Assembly (NCBI RefSeq): GCF_003334815.1
Contig: NZ_QOWO01000134.1
Origin: Escherichia coli
GTDB taxonomy: Bacteria; Pseudomonadota; Gammaproteobacteria; Enterobacterales; Enterobacteriaceae
Strand: one strand, 5' to 3'
DNA: 353 nt
The stretch's first letter is position 1, and every line of letters begins with the position of its first letter. The notes beneath the pieces were generated by a model. It worked only from the letters and a program-made list of their open reading frames with translations. It was not told the DNA's origin and searched no databases. Positions 1 through 353 of the stretch are shown here, piece by piece. Both the position numbers and the translations under genes were made by a program.

Positions 1-353
1 CCAGCCACAGAAATCACAGCCCTGTTCGGCATACCAGTGCTCCAGCGTGCAGCTGAAACGGCGGCTTAATTCTGCAATAACGTCGCTTTCCGGCTGACAC
101 CACGGCGTGTCGAAATCAACCTGAATGAAGTTGTCTCCCTGACTACTGATATTCAGGTCATACCCACAAGGCCACTTCACGCCATACCGTTCTGTATACC
201 AGTGATATGCAGAAGGAACACCGTTCAGAACACCGCCGTTAAAGCCATTCACTTCAATATCCAGGCGGGTCGGCAAAACCGTCAGCAGGTCAAACGGCAT
301 GGTTTTTTCCGGCAGTACGTTGTCACACAGACGGTTCCACCACACCGATACAT
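1..353 (-). CDS. Partial CDS for a hypothetical Trp/Cys-rich protein of unknown family; open across the whole window, truncated at the 3' end and probably at the 5' end
   Basis: Seen in sequence: the minus-strand frame with codons at 349-351, 346-348 ... 1-3 has 117 consecutive sense codons and no stop. Codon choice is typical of E. coli-like coding sequence (CTG Leu, CCG Pro, GGC Gly, GAA Glu, AAC Asn, GAC Asp dominate). The other two minus-strand frames are closed by stops (TGA at 282-284 and TGA at 323-325 on the minus strand). The in-register antisense frame on the plus strand is full of rare codons (ATA x4, CGG x5, AGG x2, AGA, CGA) and has no in-frame ATG. An in-frame ATG lies at 300-298; the 17 codons upstream of it (VSVWWNRLCDNVLPEKT) share the Trp/Cys-rich character and preferred-codon usage of the rest, so I favour a start beyond position 353, but a start at 300 cannot be excluded. 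Product family not recognised. Confidence 0.8.
298..310 (-). promoter_or_regulatory. Possible translation initiation site (alternative start): weak GGA Shine-Dalgarno-like element, A-rich spacer, then ATG at 300-298
   Basis: Seen in sequence: the minus strand reads CCGGAAAAAACC-ATG, with GGA seven nucleotides upstream of the ATG and an A6 spacer. The GGA is only a 3-nt match to the Shine-Dalgarno consensus, and the frame stays open and coding-like upstream, so this is more likely an internal Met codon than the true start. Confidence 0.25.

Noticed and set aside
146-156. Small inverted repeat CTGA-TAT-TCAG
   Set aside because: A 4-bp stem is expected many times by chance in 353 bp and lies within the CDS; no evidence of an operator or other function.
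166-210. Tyr/Asp-containing segment (YGVKWPCGYDL) as a possible Rhs/YD-repeat fragment
   Set aside because: It does not fit the YD-repeat consensus (G-x-x-x-R-Y-x-Y-D-x-x-G-R-L) and there is only one weak occurrence.
279-308. T6 run on the plus strand (303-308) preceded by a possible hairpin (CCGT at 279-282 pairing with ACGG at 294-297), considered as an intrinsic terminator
   Set aside because: The stem is only 4 bp with an 11-nt loop and a 5-nt spacer before the T-tract, and it lies inside a coding-like frame. It does not resemble a Rho-independent terminator.
70-353. Long open frame on the plus strand (frame 1, about 94 codons without a stop)
   Set aside because: It is the in-register antisense shadow of the minus-strand CDS. 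It is loaded with rare codons (ATA, AGG, AGA, CGG, CGA), has no in-frame ATG, and is closed by TAA at 67-69 on its upstream side.
282-353. Short minus-strand ORF starting at ATG 353-351 (23 codons, stop at 284-282) as an independent small gene
   Set aside because: Poorer codon usage than the overlapping main frame and no ribosome-binding site visible, because the window ends at the ATG. Kept only as an alternative reading in the findings.
1-353. A complete novel multi-gene system (defence island, toxin-antitoxin pair, CRISPR, mobile-element boundary) within the window
   Set aside because: The window holds one partial ORF only: no repeat-spacer periodicity, no terminal inverted repeats, no second gene, no RNA gene signatures. 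Any system-level claim needs the flanking sequence.

Overview
This 353-bp window (about 52% G+C by direct count, enterobacterial-like) is filled by a single open reading frame on the minus strand. It has 117 sense codons and no stop, so the gene is truncated by the window at its 3' end (C-terminus lies beyond position 1) and probably also at its 5' end (beyond position 353). The encoded peptide is strikingly rich in Trp (7 of 117) and Cys (6 of 117), with a C-terminal-proximal CxxC pair and a repeated H-W-Y-x-E motif. I cannot assign it to a named protein family from memory, and no tool-based search was possible. I see no rRNA, tRNA, CRISPR repeats, IS-like terminal inverted repeats, or convincing promoter or terminator. 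A 353-bp window holding one partial gene cannot by itself support the claim of a multi-gene system; whether this gene is part of something novel depends on the flanking context, which I cannot see. Translation of the minus-strand frame, in 5'->3' gene order: VSVWWNRLCDNVLPEKTMPFDLLTVLPTRLDIEVNGFNGGVLNGVPSAYHWYTERYGVKWPCGYDLNISSQGDNFIQVDFDTPWCQPESDVIAELSRRFSCTLEHWYAEQGCDFCGW.
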